Source: Candidatus Methanofastidiosia archaeon (GTDB lineage: Archaea; Methanobacteriota_B; Thermococci; Methanofastidiosales; NM3). From it: DNA of 44,774 nt. The notes beneath the pieces are model-generated. The model saw only the letters and a list, made by a program, of their open reading frames with translations. It ran no database searches and was not told the DNA's origin. Positions 43,008-44,774 of the stretch are shown one piece after another. Numbering within the stretch: position 1 is the first letter of the stretch; every line of letters begins with the position of its first letter. The stretch lies in the NCBI GenBank assembly GCA_020854925.1, contig JAHKLV010000093.1:1-44774 (forward strand), in the 5' to 3' direction. A program made the translations under genes and the position numbers.

Positions 43008-44195
43008 TTGGAACGCATCACTATGGCGAAGTCTCTAAAGATAGGCATCTTTATTGGAAAGGGTGCTTCATATTCGTGGATATGGTTTGTAAAAACGTTC
43101 GATGCCCTAGATTTTAATGATATTTTCTTCTTGGACGAGAACGATGTTTTGCACGGTCAGCTTGACCATTTCGACTGCTTCATCCTCCCTGGGGGGGATC
43201 CCTTCCAGGTGGCCGAAGGTCTGGGGGAACAGGGCCTGTCCCTCGTCAGGTCGTTTGTGGAACGGGGCGGCACGTACATCGGAGTGTGTGCGGGCACGTA
43301 CCTTGCCCTGCGATTCTGCGAAGATCCCATGCCGTGGCTAAATCTGGTGGATGTTCCTATACGGAACTATGCCAGAACACCTCCTGAGGCAGTTCGCATG
43401 CAGTACAAGTACCTTGTGCCGTACCGGGATGGATTCGTCTTCCATCCGGTGCGCGGCTCGCTCGAGGTGACAACGGGGGACGAGGTCTTTAAGGCCCCGC
43501 TCTATGGAGGGCCCCCCATGGTGGCACCACCGGAGATGCGGCTGCTTGACTACAGCGGATTCGATGCAAAAACCCTCTATCTTATTGATGAACATGAGGC
43601 ACAACGGACGATGCTCGGGCATGCTGCCGGCATACGAGTGCCGGTGGGAGGGGGCAATCTCTACCTCTTTGGCCCCCATTTTGAGCATCCGCATTATCCG
43701 CGGGCAAACCAATTCCTGCACGAAATTCTCTGCACGATATCTCCTCTGGCCGACGGGCCCCCGGCTTTGCCGGTGACCCTGCTCCAAGGACCGGAACTGC
43801 GGCGGTGGGTCACCTCACTGCGGCGTGACGTATCGTCGTCCCGCGTCCTTGCAAACGGGTTGACCGACCTGCGCTGGAAAATCGGGGAAAAGGTCTGGGA
43901 GGATGAGAAGATTCTTTACTTTGTGAACGAGCTTCTCAAGCTGCTCAAGGACCTTACACGTTACGACGTGCTCCCTGTCTGCGACCCCGCGTCGCTTCGT
44001 CGGGAGGCGCAGAACATGCGTATGCATCTTGCAGAGATACGCGTCCTTTCCAAGGATGGCATGGAGACTACTCGCCAGGCCAGTGCGCTCATAGATTCCA
44101 CCAAGAAGCTCTCAAAGGGGCTGTATGAATCGTATTTTATGTTCAAACGTCAACATTGGTGGTCAAATGGAGAAAACAACAGAACTCATAGTTAA
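43008..44195 (+). CDS. Class-I glutamine-amidotransferase-fold / BPL_N-like protein with helical C-terminal domain, unknown function
   Basis: KIGIFIGKGAS...FDCFILPGGDPFQ...FVERGGTYIGVCAGTYLAL matches the BPL_N/GATase1 pattern; TTG 43008 sits 8 nt after AAGGTGGAG (ATG 43023 alternative). Confidence 0.6.
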   Translation: MERITMAKSLKIGIFIGKGASYSWIWFVKTFDALDFNDIFFLDENDVLHGQLDHFDCFILPGGDPFQVAEGLGEQGLSLVRSFVERGGTYIGVCAGTYLALRFCEDPMPWLNLVDVPIRNYARTPPEAVRMQYKYLVPYRDGFVFHPVRGSLEVTTGDEVFKAPLYGGPPMVAPPEMRLLDYSGFDAKTLYLIDEHEAQRTMLGHAAGIRVPVGGGNLYLFGPHFEHPHYPRANQFLHEILCTISPLADGPPALPVTLLQGPELRRWVTSLRRDVSSSRVLANGLTDLRWKIGEKVWEDEKILYFVNELLKLLKDLTRYDVLPVCDPASLRREAQNMRMHLAEIRVLSKDGMETTRQASALIDSTKKLSKGLYESYFMFKRQHWWSNGENNRTHS

Positions 44196-44649
44196 GGAGG
44201 GAAATGGCTTTGCGTGCATCCAATGCGGGCGATGCACGGGGTCCTGTCCTTCCGGAAGAGAATGTGGGCTTCGAACACGCCGCATCGTACACATGGCCAA
44301 GCTCGGCATGGAAGTGTACAAGTGTGACGAGCTGTGGGACTGCACGACCTGCTTTACCTGCCAGGAACGCTGTCCAAAGGAAGTGAAGATTACCGATATC
44401 ATCATCGAGCTGCGGACTCTTGCCGTCAAGAACAGCTTCTACCCTACGATGGCCGACGTGCCAAAGATAATCATCCAGAATCTGTACCGGACGGGAAATG
44501 GGCAGCCGCTCTCACCGGAGGTATCGAAACTGCGTTCAATCATCGGCCTGGACAAGGAGCCCAACGACATTGCCAAGAATAAGGCTGCCTTAGCCGACTT
44601 CCAGAAGCTCCTCGACGGGCTGCCGCTCATGCGCTGGGGTGGTATCTGA
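44167..44649 (+). CDS. hdrC: Heterodisulfide reductase subunit C, second copy
   Basis: CIQCGRCTGSCPSGR and CTTCFTCQERCPKEV; parallels the first HdrC; overlaps the preceding gene by 29 nt. Confidence 0.8.
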   Translation: MEKTTELIVKEGNGFACIQCGRCTGSCPSGRECGLRTRRIVHMAKLGMEVYKCDELWDCTTCFTCQERCPKEVKITDIIIELRTLAVKNSFYPTMADVPKIIIQNLYRTGNGQPLSPEVSKLRSIIGLDKEPNDIAKNKAALADFQKLLDGLPLMRWGGI

Positions 44650-44774
44650 TGGACTACGCCTTTTTCCCAGGATGCATCGCGAAGAACGTCTATCCCGGCA
44701 TCGAGAAGGCGACACGCATCGTCTTTGAGAAGATGAATGTCGGCCTTCACGACTACCCGTACTCGTGCTGCCCT
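44649..44774 (+). CDS. hdrB: Heterodisulfide reductase subunit B, second copy (3'-truncated by window end)
   Basis: Hand translation MDYAFFPGCIAKNVYPGIEKATRIVFEKMNVGLHDYPYSCCP, which is the first CCG domain; TGATG overlap with hdrC2. Confidence 0.75.
   Translation, partial: MDYAFFPGCIAKNVYPGIEKATRIVFEKMNVGLHDYPYSCCP

Noticed and set aside
1-44774. CRISPR arrays, rRNA genes, intact transposases or integrases, and att-type direct repeats of the tRNA-Leu 3' end
   Set aside because: None was detected by visual scanning. The only mobile-element trace is the decayed TnpB fragment. A computational repeat search would be needed to exclude short att repeats.

Overview
GC-rich archaeal chromosomal window. 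The taxon call rests on hallmark genes: TFS, PCNA, GINS-like, L44e, S27e, aIF2-alpha, Nop10, PAC2, ArcTGT and FAU-1. Together with Hdr/MvhD genes, these suggest a Thermoplasmatota or Methanomassiliicoccales-like organism, but no search was run and all family calls come from motifs read in the ORF translations. Positions 1-16.4 kb are tightly packed housekeeping genes with many 1-8 nt start/stop overlaps. Positions 16.5-23.8 kb hold a translationally coupled hdrC-hdrB-hdrA-mvhD-frhB/fdhB-like-fwdB/fdhA-like operon, in which HdrA is a 995-aa tandem two-module fusion. Positions 23.9-33.2 kb look more accessory. They carry a TM-helix-repeat membrane protein and a FecCD-type ABC importer with an embedded SAM methyltransferase and a CooC-type ATPase. 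They also carry an operon of a membrane-anchored resolvase-like nuclease with xseA and xseB directly downstream of tRNA-Leu(CAG), a secreted GH16-like protein, and a frameshifted TnpB (IS200/IS605) remnant. pheS, pheT, an AsnB-like gene and an acylphosphatase follow. After a conspicuous AT-rich control region with a duplicated palindrome, positions 38.6-44.8 kb encode the most unusual content. The gene order is a GlcD-like FAD oxidase, an HdrD/GlcF-like CCG protein, a ferredoxin, a truncated Cys-poor AOR-N-domain protein, a GATase1/BPL_N-like protein, then second copies of hdrC and hdrB. This is my best candidate for an undescribed redox system. No CRISPR array or rRNA was seen.
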